NCBI GenBank assembly: GCA_000092065.1
Contig: CP000588.1
DNA: 64,000 bases
Direction: 5' to 3' (one strand)
From: Ostreococcus lucimarinus
Taxonomy: Eukaryota
Shown here: positions 1 through 8,342 of the stretch, in pieces
Position numbering within the stretch: position 1 is the first letter of the stretch
Layout of the letters: every line of letters begins with the position of its first letter
Translations under genes and position numbers: made by a program
The notes under the pieces: model-generated
Database searches by the model: none
The model's input: the letters and a program-made list of their open reading frames with translations, nothing else
What the model was told of the DNA's origin: nothing

Positions 1-516
1 CTGAGATTCGTCAAAGGTCAGTTTCACGAGTACCAAGAGAGCACGATCGGGGCGGCGTTCTTGACTCAGACGGTGTGCGCGGACGATCGAACGATCAAGT
101 TTGAAATCTGGGATACCGCCGGACAAGAGCGATATCACTCGCTCGCGCCGATGTATTACCGCGGTGCGGCGGCGGCGATCATCGTGTACGACATTCAAAG
201 CCAGTCGAGCTTCGCGCGAGCGAAGAGTTGGGTGCGGGAATTGCAAAAGCAAGGAAACGCCGCGCTCGTCATGGCGCTGGCGGGGAATAAGTGTGACATG
301 GAGGAGAAACGAGAGGTCGAGCGAGAGGAAGCGGAGGCGTACGCGTCGGAGAATGGGTTATTCTTCATGGAAACGTCCGCGAAGGAGGCGTTGAACGTCA
401 CTGAATTGTTCCATGAAATCGCGGTGAAGTTGCCAAAGGCGCCCACGCCGACGAATGGGCCGGGGGTGGTGTTGACGAATCAGAATCGTACGCCGCAGAA
501 GAGCCAGTGCTGTTGA
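1..516 (+). CDS. RAB5: Rab5-family small GTPase, 5'-partial (CDS runs off the window start)
   Basis: The frame from nt 1 reads [24 protein letters not shown] and joins the ORF at 61..516. It carries the G-motifs [14 protein letters not shown] and ETSAK, and ends in ...QCC (CC prenylation). The sequence is Rab5/ARA7-like. Confidence 0.9.
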   Translation: MRFVKGQFHEYQESTIGAAFLTQTVCADDRTIKFEIWDTAGQERYHSLAPMYYRGAAAAIIVYDIQSQSSFARAKSWVRELQKQGNAALVMALAGNKCDMEEKREVEREEAEAYASENGLFFMETSAKEALNVTELFHEIAVKLPKAPTPTNGPGVVLTNQNRTPQKSQCC

Positions 517-593
517 AAAAGAAAGCGACAGAAATTCTTTAGCGCTCGTTCGTCTCCGCGCGCGCGACGACGACGACAACGAGTCGCCAACTT

Positions 594-598
594 TGTAA
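594..598 (+). terminator. TGTAA putative polyadenylation signal, about 80 nt after the Rab5 stop
   Basis: TGTAA is the characteristic poly(A) signal of green algae. It lies in the 3' flank of the Rab5 CDS. Confidence 0.3.
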
Positions 599-726
599 GA
601 ACGTTGTGTACAAATTCATCTTCTATCGCTATCGTTCGAGCCCGAACGTTCTACTTTTTCCCTCTCTTCGCCCCTGCCTTCTTTTCTCCGCCGTCGAGCT
701 TTCCCTTCAACGCCTCTGCGAATTCC

Positions 727-1140
727 CTATACACGTTCGCTTTTCCTTTCACCGTCTACGCGTGACGTTCGAACCGTCGCCGATGCCGTCAGTCGTTCGC
801 GCTCGACAATCAAAAGCTCACAAAATCGTCCTACGATCGCGCTCGCGTTCGCGCGCACCTCGTTCACCGTCCCCGCGGCGAGTATCTGATTGATCATGAA
901 CCCCATCGGTTTCTTTCCCTGATCCACGTCGCGCAAGAGCTCGACGGGGATCTCCACGTCGTCGCATTTTTCTGCCGCCTCGCGCAGCGCCGGGAGCGTC
1001 TGCGCAAAGTCTTCAATCTTCTCGATCACTCGCTCGTCGCTCGGCGCGCCGAGTTCGATGATTTTCTCGAGTTGGTGCAGTTCCCATATCGCTTTCTCCA
1101 GCGCTTGCCCGAGGGCGGACGGCGCGGGCGCGGCGGACAT
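727..1140 (-). CDS. MED10: Mediator complex subunit 10
   Basis: A 137-aa product begins at the internal Met (MSAAPAPSALGQALEKAIWELHQLEKIIEL...). The stretch ...EIPVELLRDVDQGKKP...FCELLIVE aligns with MED10 (VPLEVFEYIDQGRNPQLYTKECLE...FKSLLIQE). The start lies 76 bp from the divergent DGAT2 start. Confidence 0.7.
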   Translation of the reverse strand: MSAAPAPSALGQALEKAIWELHQLEKIIELGAPSDERVIEKIEDFAQTLPALREAAEKCDDVEIPVELLRDVDQGKKPMGFMINQILAAGTVNEVRANASAIVGRFCELLIVERERLTASATVRTSRVDGERKSERV

Positions 1141-1215
1141 CGCTCGCGCGTCGCGAAGTGCGCACGGCACGCCGCGCCCGTCCGCAGTGCTCGACGCGCT
1201 CGACGCGCTCGACGC
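1141..1215. promoter_or_regulatory. 76-bp bidirectional promoter region shared by MED10 (-) and DGAT2 (+); contains a (CGACGCGCT)-type direct repeat
   Basis: The two start codons face away from each other at 1140 and 1216. The motif cgacgcgctcgacgcgctcgacgc lies at about 1190-1213. Confidence 0.4.
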
Positions 1216-2268
1216 ATGGGCTCGAACGCGCAGCGCGGTGCGCTCTGGCGCGAACACCGCGCCGTGGAGGCGGCGACGATCGCGGCGATGCGCGCGCGCG
1301 GCGTGCGCGACGTGCCGTGGAGCTCCGCGAAGCGCATGCTCGCGGTGCTGTGCGTCAGCGCGATTTACACGTCGTGGATCCTGTCCCCGGTCGTGTCCGC
1401 GGTGGCGGTGATTTTGATACCGTCGTTGCGAGCGTACGTCGGGTGTTATCTCTTCGCGTCGTACGCGCTCGGGGTGCGTGTGCCCATGAATGGGCTTTAT
1501 AAATTCTTTTGCGGGCTCGAGTGCGGAGAAGAAAATGGATGGGAACTCGTCGTCGAGGACGCGACGGCGGGCGAGAAAGAGATTGATTGCTCTAAGCGCG
1601 CGTATTTGTTCGCCGCGCACCCGCACGGGTTATTCGCGTCTGGTTGCGTGGGGAATATCGTATTGAGCGACGCGGCGTTGAGGCGATTCCGAGCGCGGCA
1701 CGTTAGATTCTTCATCAACAACTTGCTCATAAGCGTGTTTCCGATCATCAAAGATGTGCTGTCGTCGCTTGGGTTCTTACCATGCACAGCAAAAATGATG
1801 CGACGGGTTTTAGGGCGTGGGGAGACTGGGATGATTGTTGTTGGCGGCGTTCAAGAGGTGGTGCTGACGGGCAACGTCGACGTCGAAGAGCTATACTTGA
1901 AGAATTGTTTCGGATTCGTCAAGGTAGCCATCCAAGTCGGAACGCCCTTAGTGCCAGTATACACGTTTGGCGAGTCTCTGGCTACTGGTCCGGATTGGGT
2001 GCCGTTTCGTGAGATACGAAAACGCCTGAGCTATAAATTTGTATTTCCGTTCCGCTCGCTCGGCATCGTCCATCGTTGGGGATTCTGCTTTCCGCGAGGC
2101 AAGCTCACGACAGTGGTGGGACCACCTATTGAAGTTAAGCAGAACGATAGACCGTCGCGCGAGGAAGTGGCTGCGGTGCATGCGCAGTATTGTAAGTCGC
2201 TTTTGGCACTCATTGAACGAAACAAAGCCGCCGCGGGATACCCAACCCAGGTGACAAGATTGGTATAG
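1216..2268 (+). CDS. DGAT2: Diacylglycerol/monoacylglycerol O-acyltransferase, DGAT2 family
   Basis: It has the HPHG motif (AAHPHGLFASG), plus FPRGKL and VPVYTFGE. The N-terminus is hydrophobic. Length is about 350 aa. Start chosen at MGSNAQ (ATG at 1216). Confidence 0.8.
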   Translation: MGSNAQRGALWREHRAVEAATIAAMRARGVRDVPWSSAKRMLAVLCVSAIYTSWILSPVVSAVAVILIPSLRAYVGCYLFASYALGVRVPMNGLYKFFCGLECGEENGWELVVEDATAGEKEIDCSKRAYLFAAHPHGLFASGCVGNIVLSDAALRRFRARHVRFFINNLLISVFPIIKDVLSSLGFLPCTAKMMRRVLGRGETGMIVVGGVQEVVLTGNVDVEELYLKNCFGFVKVAIQVGTPLVPVYTFGESLATGPDWVPFREIRKRLSYKFVFPFRSLGIVHRWGFCFPRGKLTTVVGPPIEVKQNDRPSREEVAAVHAQYCKSLLALIERNKAAAGYPTQVTRLV

Positions 2269-2370
2269 CTCGCGCGTAGACGAGAATTAGACTGTATCGT
2301 AGAACTATTCATTACAAGCAACACGCCCGTTCCTCGGCGCACACCGCTCTCTTTGTCTCATCTAAATTGT

Positions 2371-3963
2371 CTATTCTCGCTGACGCGGCGTGCATTTTAT
2401 GATGTCGTCGACGCGAATGATCATTTCAGCCGCTTCGGTGGCCGAAAGAAGGACTTGCTGCTTGACACGGAAGCACTCGACCACGCCACACTGTTGCATG
2501 TCACCGACTTCGCCCGTCAAGATGTTGATACCGGTGTTCTTCTTCCCCGCAGCGTGCGCGGCGCGCATTTGCGATACGAGCTCAGAACTATCCAAGCCGC
2601 CGTTGTCGCAGATGATGGTCGGGATAGCGCGCAAAGCCTTGGCAAAGCACTCCATCGCTAACGATCTCTTCCCTGGCGTTTTCGCTGCGAGCTCTTCCAC
2701 GGCTTTGGACATGATCATCTCCGAGCAACCGCCGCCGTAAATGACTCTGCTGTCCTTCACCGTCGACGTCAAGACGCACAGGGCGTCGTGCAACGAGCGT
2801 TCAGCCTCACCTAAGATATGCTCTGACGCCCCTCGAAGAACGATCGTACACGCCTCACCCTTGGCAACGCCGCTGAATCGAATCAAGCGATCCTCACCGA
2901 TCATTACCTCCTCAATCAAGTCGCAGGAGCCGAGCTGAACGTCCTCTGGGTTGTCAAACGTCGAGCAAATATCGCCACCCGTGACCAAGGCCAGGCGTTC
3001 GATGCCGTCAAAGTCGGCGTGTTCGATCGCAGCCACGCCCGCTTCGGTGAAGATTTGTTCGGGGTAGTTGTAAATCAATTGACGGTTGATGAAGCAGTTG
3101 ATGCCGTAGCCGATGATTTTTTCGCACTTGCGCTTCATCTTCTCGCGCTCCGCCTGTTCAATCTCCGCAACCTTGGTCATGGAGTCCACTCGCACGCGCG
3201 CACCGTAAATTTTAATTTTATCCGTATCCATGGGCGTGTTGGCGATCAAAATCTTCGCGTTTTCGATTCTCTTCGGTTGTCCGACGCCAAAACGCTTGTC
3301 CAAGATGAATCCTTCGTCTAAAAACGAATCCTTCAAGCTTCCACCCGGTTTCTGAATGATTTGAATCATCTCTAGGTCTCCTGACCCTTTCAATCGCAGC
3401 ACCGCATCCACAGCGAGCTTGGCGAAGTGTTCCTTGTCGTTCGTCAAGATTTTCGAACTCAGCGTAGTCTTCGCGATGTTGGTCAAGTCTTGCCTGAATC
3501 TCGCCTCGTCCCCGGCGTTATCGCTCGCCGCGCGCTCCAGCGCCGCCTTCGCCGCCTCGCACGCCTCTCTAAACCCTTGAATAATCGTCATCGGGTGCAC
3601 GTGTTGATTCACCAACTGTTCCGCCTGTCTCAAAAGTTCGCTCGCGAACACCACCACCGACGTCGTCCCGTCCCCGACCTCGTCGTCTTGCGCCTTTGAG
3701 ATGTCCACCAGCACCTTCGCCGCCGGGTTATCGACGTATATCGACTTCAAGATCGTCGCTCCATCGTTCGTCACCGTCACGTTCCGTCCTCTCTGCACGC
3801 TCTGCAGGATCTTATCCATCCCCTTCGGCCCGAGCGTTGACTTCACCAAGTCCCCGATCGCCATCGCGCCGACGAAGGATGCCAGGCGCGCGTGTTCGCC
3901 CTTTTCCTCGCTCGCGCCCTCGCGCAGGACCGACGCGTCGGCGTTTCCCGCCGCGGTCGCCAT
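2371..3963 (-). CDS. CCT2: T-complex protein 1 subunit beta (CCT-beta chaperonin)
   Basis: 530 aa. The N-terminus ...[28 protein letters not shown] matches CCT2 almost residue for residue. GroEL/TCP-1 ATPase motifs are present throughout. Confidence 0.95.
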   Translation of the reverse strand: MATAAGNADASVLREGASEEKGEHARLASFVGAMAIGDLVKSTLGPKGMDKILQSVQRGRNVTVTNDGATILKSIYVDNPAAKVLVDISKAQDDEVGDGTTSVVVFASELLRQAEQLVNQHVHPMTIIQGFREACEAAKAALERAASDNAGDEARFRQDLTNIAKTTLSSKILTNDKEHFAKLAVDAVLRLKGSGDLEMIQIIQKPGGSLKDSFLDEGFILDKRFGVGQPKRIENAKILIANTPMDTDKIKIYGARVRVDSMTKVAEIEQAEREKMKRKCEKIIGYGINCFINRQLIYNYPEQIFTEAGVAAIEHADFDGIERLALVTGGDICSTFDNPEDVQLGSCDLIEEVMIGEDRLIRFSGVAKGEACTIVLRGASEHILGEAERSLHDALCVLTSTVKDSRVIYGGGCSEMIMSKAVEELAAKTPGKRSLAMECFAKALRAIPTIICDNGGLDSSELVSQMRAAHAAGKKNTGINILTGEVGDMQQCGVVECFRVKQQVLLSATEAAEMIIRVDDIIKCTPRQRE

Positions 3964-4506
3964 CGCGTCTTCGTCTTCGTCGCCGTCTCGGTCTCGCGCG
4001 CGTCCCGTCCGTCGTCGTCTGCCGCGTCGCGCGCGGGGCGCGTCGTCAATCGAATCAATCGCGCAAAGCGACCGCGTCGACGACCGCGCGCGGGTTGACC
4101 CGACCGGCGAGTCGCCGCTCTATTCGTACTAGGGTTTAGGGTTTAGGTTATTTAGGTGAGACGATCGAGCCGCATTCATTCATAGGCTCGATCGTGGCCC
4201 GAAATACGACGCCCCCCGCGGGCGTCGTCGCGCGCGCGCGACGGCCGCGCGCGCGACGCGCCGACGCGTCGCCCGCGGGCGCGACATCGAACGACGCGAC
4301 GGGACGCGACCGGGCGCGACGGGACGACCGGCGAGCGCGTAAAGGCGAGCGAGATCGTCGACGCGTCGAGCGCGGACGTCGACGTCGGAAGACGCGACGC
4401 GACGCGACGCGAACGAAGCGATCGAGCGAACGATTCGCGTCGCGACGCATTTGACGATTCTTGTTCCCCCGGGACGCGCGAGGGGGGCGCGCAAGGGGAG
4501 AAAATC

Positions 4507-6195
4507 ATGAAGGAGGCGGCGAAGCGCGCGAAAACGACGGCGATGAAGGCGGCGAGACGACCGAGGAGCGCGGCGCGGGCGATGGCGGTGGCGGCGACGA
4601 TGGGGGGGGAGGGAGGGGGGGGGACGGAGCTGCGGGCGTTCGTGGCGGCGTGCGCGAACGCGCTGGGGCGAAGGGACGAGGACGTGGGGGCGAGGATCGC
4701 GGCGACGCTGGAGGCGAATTGGTTCACGACGCCGATGGATTTGGCGAGATTGAGCGTGGAGGAGGCGCGAGCGATGGCGGTGCCGATGAAACTGGTGGAT
4801 GAGTTTAAGCGCGCGCTGGACGGCGCGCGCGGGTTCGCGGCGAGCGGCGCGAGCGCGACGACGACGACGACGGAGAAAAACGACGAGGGAGAAACGGCGC
4901 TCGATTTAGGACTCGAGCCGTTGGCGTCGGAGACGGCGGCGACTACGATGAAGACGATGGTGTCGTCGAGCGGACGCATGGCGTTGAAGATGCGCACCGG
5001 TTTATCCGCCGAGTCGACGCGAGTGACGAGTCGACCTGTCGGATTACCGAATTATCGCATACCGTTGGAGGAATGCGGAAGCGATTTGAAGAAACAGTTC
5101 AAGGCTTTGCGCAAATTCCTTACCGTCCGTAGGCTTGGGCCTCAAGAATGCATTCTCGCTGGGGTGACGGCGGAAAAGTACGAAGACGTTTTGCGAGGCG
5201 CCTTGGGATGGTTGTGCGCGGAGAAAAACATGAAACCTTCGAAAGTCACGCTCCTCGACTTATTCCCGAGTATTGACGCGGAGAGTGCCAATGGAGCTTT
5301 TGAATACGTCACTTGGCTGAACGATGAGCGACAGACGTCGGCAAATTACGAGCTTCTCGTCACTCGCTCGTGCATCGCGGCGGTGAAATTCTTGTACGGC
5401 AATTTGAGCAAGGCGCAACCGGGCGAGGGCGAAGCGAAACCGTACCATGACTTGCCGGTGATGAAAGAATTACGTCGTATGGCGAAAGACGCTAAAGCTC
5501 GATCAGCCAAGGCGCCTAGCGTGAGCGATGAGCGTCTGAAATGGCTCGAATGGGATGAGTACTTGACGCTCGTGCAACGATTGAAGAGCGAGTGCACGGC
5601 GAAGAATTGTCTGGGACAATCTCGCTCGGCGAGCGCCGTGGCGTGGAGTGTGCAGAAGTATTTAATTTTTGGCGTTCTGTCGTGTGTGCCCGATCGTCAG
5701 CGAACTCTACGCGAGCTACGAGTCGGGAAGACGCTGTTCAAAGAGGGCGATAAGTGGGTCATTCGCCACAAAGAAACCGATTATAAAACGGGCAAGGACT
5801 ACGGGGTGCGACCACCGCTCGTAATCGCTCCGCATCTATATCCGACGCTCGAGACATTCATCGAAACGCACCGCAAAGAGCTCAATCCGAACCACGATTT
5901 CCTTTTCACTCGCAAGAATGGTGAGCAGTTTGACGGACAGGGGATTTATCGGCTCTTTACGACGACGGCGATGCGTCTCACCGGCAAGCGGACGAACCCG
6001 CACTTGATTCGAGACATGGTGGTGACGCACTTACGAGGGACGGACGCGTCCGAGCGACAGTTAGAGGCGCTAGCAATCTATATGGGTCACTCACTTCAGA
6101 TGCAAAAGTCGACGTACGACAGACGATCTGTCGAGCAAAAAGTTGCGCCGGCGGTGGATCTGTTAGATTCGCTCAACGCAAAGATGAGACTCTAG
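4507..6195 (+). CDS. Tyrosine recombinase (phage-integrase/Crypton-like), catalytic residues apparently intact
   Basis: The C-terminal domain shows the full tyrosine-recombinase signature. Box A Arg lies in RQRTLRELRVGKT. The beta-hairpin Lys lies in YKTGKDYGVRPPLVI. Box B HxxR lies in NPHLIRDMVVTHLR. The motif LAIYMGHS is present, and the nucleophile Tyr lies in QKSTYDRR. The N-terminus is basic (KRAKTTAMKAARRPR). An N-terminal multi-helix core-binding-like region is also present. Confidence 0.75.
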   Translation: MKEAAKRAKTTAMKAARRPRSAARAMAVAATMGGEGGGGTELRAFVAACANALGRRDEDVGARIAATLEANWFTTPMDLARLSVEEARAMAVPMKLVDEFKRALDGARGFAASGASATTTTTEKNDEGETALDLGLEPLASETAATTMKTMVSSSGRMALKMRTGLSAESTRVTSRPVGLPNYRIPLEECGSDLKKQFKALRKFLTVRRLGPQECILAGVTAEKYEDVLRGALGWLCAEKNMKPSKVTLLDLFPSIDAESANGAFEYVTWLNDERQTSANYELLVTRSCIAAVKFLYGNLSKAQPGEGEAKPYHDLPVMKELRRMAKDAKARSAKAPSVSDERLKWLEWDEYLTLVQRLKSECTAKNCLGQSRSASAVAWSVQKYLIFGVLSCVPDRQRTLRELRVGKTLFKEGDKWVIRHKETDYKTGKDYGVRPPLVIAPHLYPTLETFIETHRKELNPNHDFLFTRKNGEQFDGQGIYRLFTTTAMRLTGKRTNPHLIRDMVVTHLRGTDASERQLEALAIYMGHSLQMQKSTYDRRSVEQKVAPAVDLLDSLNAKMRL

Positions 6196-6223
6196 ACTAT
6201 ACCTCGCTAATTCTACTCTTCTA

Positions 6224-7129
6224 CTAGCTACATGTGATTCCTAGGTTCCAAAAACGCAATTCTCCTGGCTGCTCCTGTTCTTCTTCGTCTTCGGACTCGT
6301 ACAAACACAACAGTTCGTGTAAATCATCACGCCAAGTGTACGCGCTCGAATACCACGAGTGCTTATCGGAACGACACCGCTTCCGAGGAAGCCGTCTCCG
6401 AGTCGATGAACGGTCATCACATCTACCGTCAGTATCGACTGGTCGATCGCTCGGGAGTTCGCGCGTCCACGCGTAGTCGCCGCAATTTTTGCACGTGCTT
6501 CGACAAAACGAGCGCAATGCGCGTTGTGTTTTCGTCGCATCCGACGCCATGAACGTGCGATACGCGGCGTTGAAACTCTTCGACACGCACGCGAGCGCGC
6601 ATCGAGTTCTATGATCATCGCACTTCCCCAAAATTTCAATGAGCAAGTCTTCGTGGAACACGTCCAAACTCCCGTTCCCGTCGCTCGGCTCCCGTCGCTT
6701 CCGCTGCGCGCGCGTCCACTCGATTTCGCACCGCTTCCAATCGCTCCTCAATTGTTTGTACTTCGTCCCAACCGACGCCCGCGCGCACAACGGCGACAAC
6801 TGCTCCAGAATATCCCTCACCAGCTTCACGCACAACGAGGACGCGAGCACGCTCCGCTCCGCCACCGCGAGCGCGTCCTCGACCATCGCCACCGCGCGCC
6901 TCACCGCCGCGAGCGCGCTCTCGAGCGCTTTTCCACTCGGTTTCCACGGCGTGCGCTTCACCCCTCGCGTCGTCGTCGTCGTCGTGCGCCGGTGACGATT
7001 TCCCACGAGCAACGCGCGCAACTCTGCGAGCGCCTGCACGCGCTCGCGCGGCGTCATCGACGGCGCGATCGCGGCGAGCACGCGCGCATCGATCACCTTC
7101 GCCCGTTCGTCGCCGTGCGCGGTCGTCAT
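6224..7129 (-). CDS. F-box domain protein
   Basis: An F-box-like motif LDVFHEDLLIEILGKCDDHRTRCALACVSKSF is present. The protein is 301 aa. It starts 64 bp from the divergent threonine-aldolase start. Confidence 0.5.
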   Translation of the reverse strand: MTTAHGDERAKVIDARVLAAIAPSMTPRERVQALAELRALLVGNRHRRTTTTTTRGVKRTPWKPSGKALESALAAVRRAVAMVEDALAVAERSVLASSLCVKLVRDILEQLSPLCARASVGTKYKQLRSDWKRCEIEWTRAQRKRREPSDGNGSLDVFHEDLLIEILGKCDDHRTRCALACVSKSFNAAYRTFMASDATKTQRALRSFCRSTCKNCGDYAWTRELPSDRPVDTDGRCDDRSSTRRRLPRKRCRSDKHSWYSSAYTWRDDLHELLCLYESEDEEEQEQPGELRFWNLGITCS

Positions 7130-7193
7130 CGCGCCGCGCGACGCGACAGAGTGTCGTCACTCTGCGGCGCGTCCGTCCCGTCGCGCGTTCGCC

Positions 7194-8300
7194 ATGCGAC
7201 TCTCCGACGGCGTCGTCGACGCGCGGAGCGACACGGTGACGAAACCGACGGCGCGCATGAGGGAAGCGATGGCGCGCGCCGAGGTCGGGGACGACGTCCT
7301 CGGCGACGATCGCACGGTGAAGGCGCTCGAACGTAAAATGGCGGAGATGTTTGGATTCGAGGCGGCGGTGTTCACGCCGAGCGGAACCATGGCGAATTTG
7401 CTCGCCATCGCCACGTGGTGCGACGAGCGAGGGAGCGAAGCGATCATCGGAGATAAGTCGCACGTGCACCTGTACGAACAGGGCGGGATGTCGTCGCTGA
7501 TGGGGGTGCATTCGAGAACGCTCAAGAATCGCGAAGACGGGACGCTCGCGCTGGAGGATATACGAGCCGCGATACGCACCGTGAGCGACGATCACTTCCC
7601 AGTGACGAAGGTTGTGACGCTGGAGAACACGCAGAATAAGTGTGGGGGGAAGGTACTGCCGGTGGAGTACGTTCGGGAGGTTGGGGCGTTGTGCGCGGCG
7701 CACGGGGTGAAGTTGCACATGGACGGGGCGAGAATTTGGAACGCGTTGGCGGCGAGCATCGATCACGTTCGCATCGATCACATCTTACAAGGGTGTGATT
7801 CGGCGAGTATCTGCTTGAGCAAAGCCATCGGCGCCCCCGTTGGGAGCGTGTTACTCGGCGATGAGGCGTTTGTTCGAAAGGCGAAGCGGTTGCGCAAAGC
7901 GTTGGGCGGTTCGATGCGACAAGTCGGCGTCTTAGCCGCTGCGGCTTTAGAGGCGATCGATGAAGTATTCCCGAAGATAGCAGAAGATCACGAGCGCGCG
8001 AGGGCTTTCGCGAACGCGCTACAAGGCGCGACTGGTCTCGAATGCGCAACGCCGGAGTCGAACCTCGTTCTCGTGCGAAGCACCATTCCCGGCATCACTT
8101 CCGAGATGTTGATGCGGGAATTGGAGATGAGCCACGGTGTGTTGGTTTTACCAACGAATCAAGACACCATTCGCGTCGCTTTTCACCATCAAATCACGGA
8201 TGCGGGCGTTGAACGTCTGGTCAGTGGCTTTCGTGAAAGCGTGCTCGAACTCGCTCGCGACCCAAAGCTGAACGAAATTATGATGTCTGACGGTATGTAA
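7194..8300 (+). CDS. Low-specificity L-threonine aldolase (PLP-dependent)
   Basis: The N-terminus VDARSDTVTKPT is typical of the family. Other matches are FTPSGTMANL, the KVVTLENTQNKCGG region (the family's conserved catalytic-Lys region by alignment) and HMDGARIWNA. Length is 368 aa. Confidence 0.85.
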   Translation: MRLSDGVVDARSDTVTKPTARMREAMARAEVGDDVLGDDRTVKALERKMAEMFGFEAAVFTPSGTMANLLAIATWCDERGSEAIIGDKSHVHLYEQGGMSSLMGVHSRTLKNREDGTLALEDIRAAIRTVSDDHFPVTKVVTLENTQNKCGGKVLPVEYVREVGALCAAHGVKLHMDGARIWNALAASIDHVRIDHILQGCDSASICLSKAIGAPVGSVLLGDEAFVRKAKRLRKALGGSMRQVGVLAAAALEAIDEVFPKIAEDHERARAFANALQGATGLECATPESNLVLVRSTIPGITSEMLMRELEMSHGVLVLPTNQDTIRVAFHHQITDAGVERLVSGFRESVLELARDPKLNEIMMSDGM

Positions 8301-8342
8301 TGAATAGTTAGAGATCTGTATTACGAATCTGCAAAGAATTTT

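Noticed and set aside
4176-4997. Long minus-strand ORFs (273 aa, 104 aa) and small plus-strand ORFs in 3.7-5.0 kb
   Set aside because: They are low-complexity (A/R/S/P-rich) products of GC-rich sequence. They overlap the CCT2 5' region and the tyrosine-recombinase CDS on the other strand. No motif is present.
6524-7781. ORFs 6524..7336 (+), 6636..7781 (-) and 7522..8049 (-)
   Set aside because: They are antisense to the F-box and threonine-aldolase genes and extremely R/H/A-rich. This is a typical GC-rich shadow-ORF pattern.
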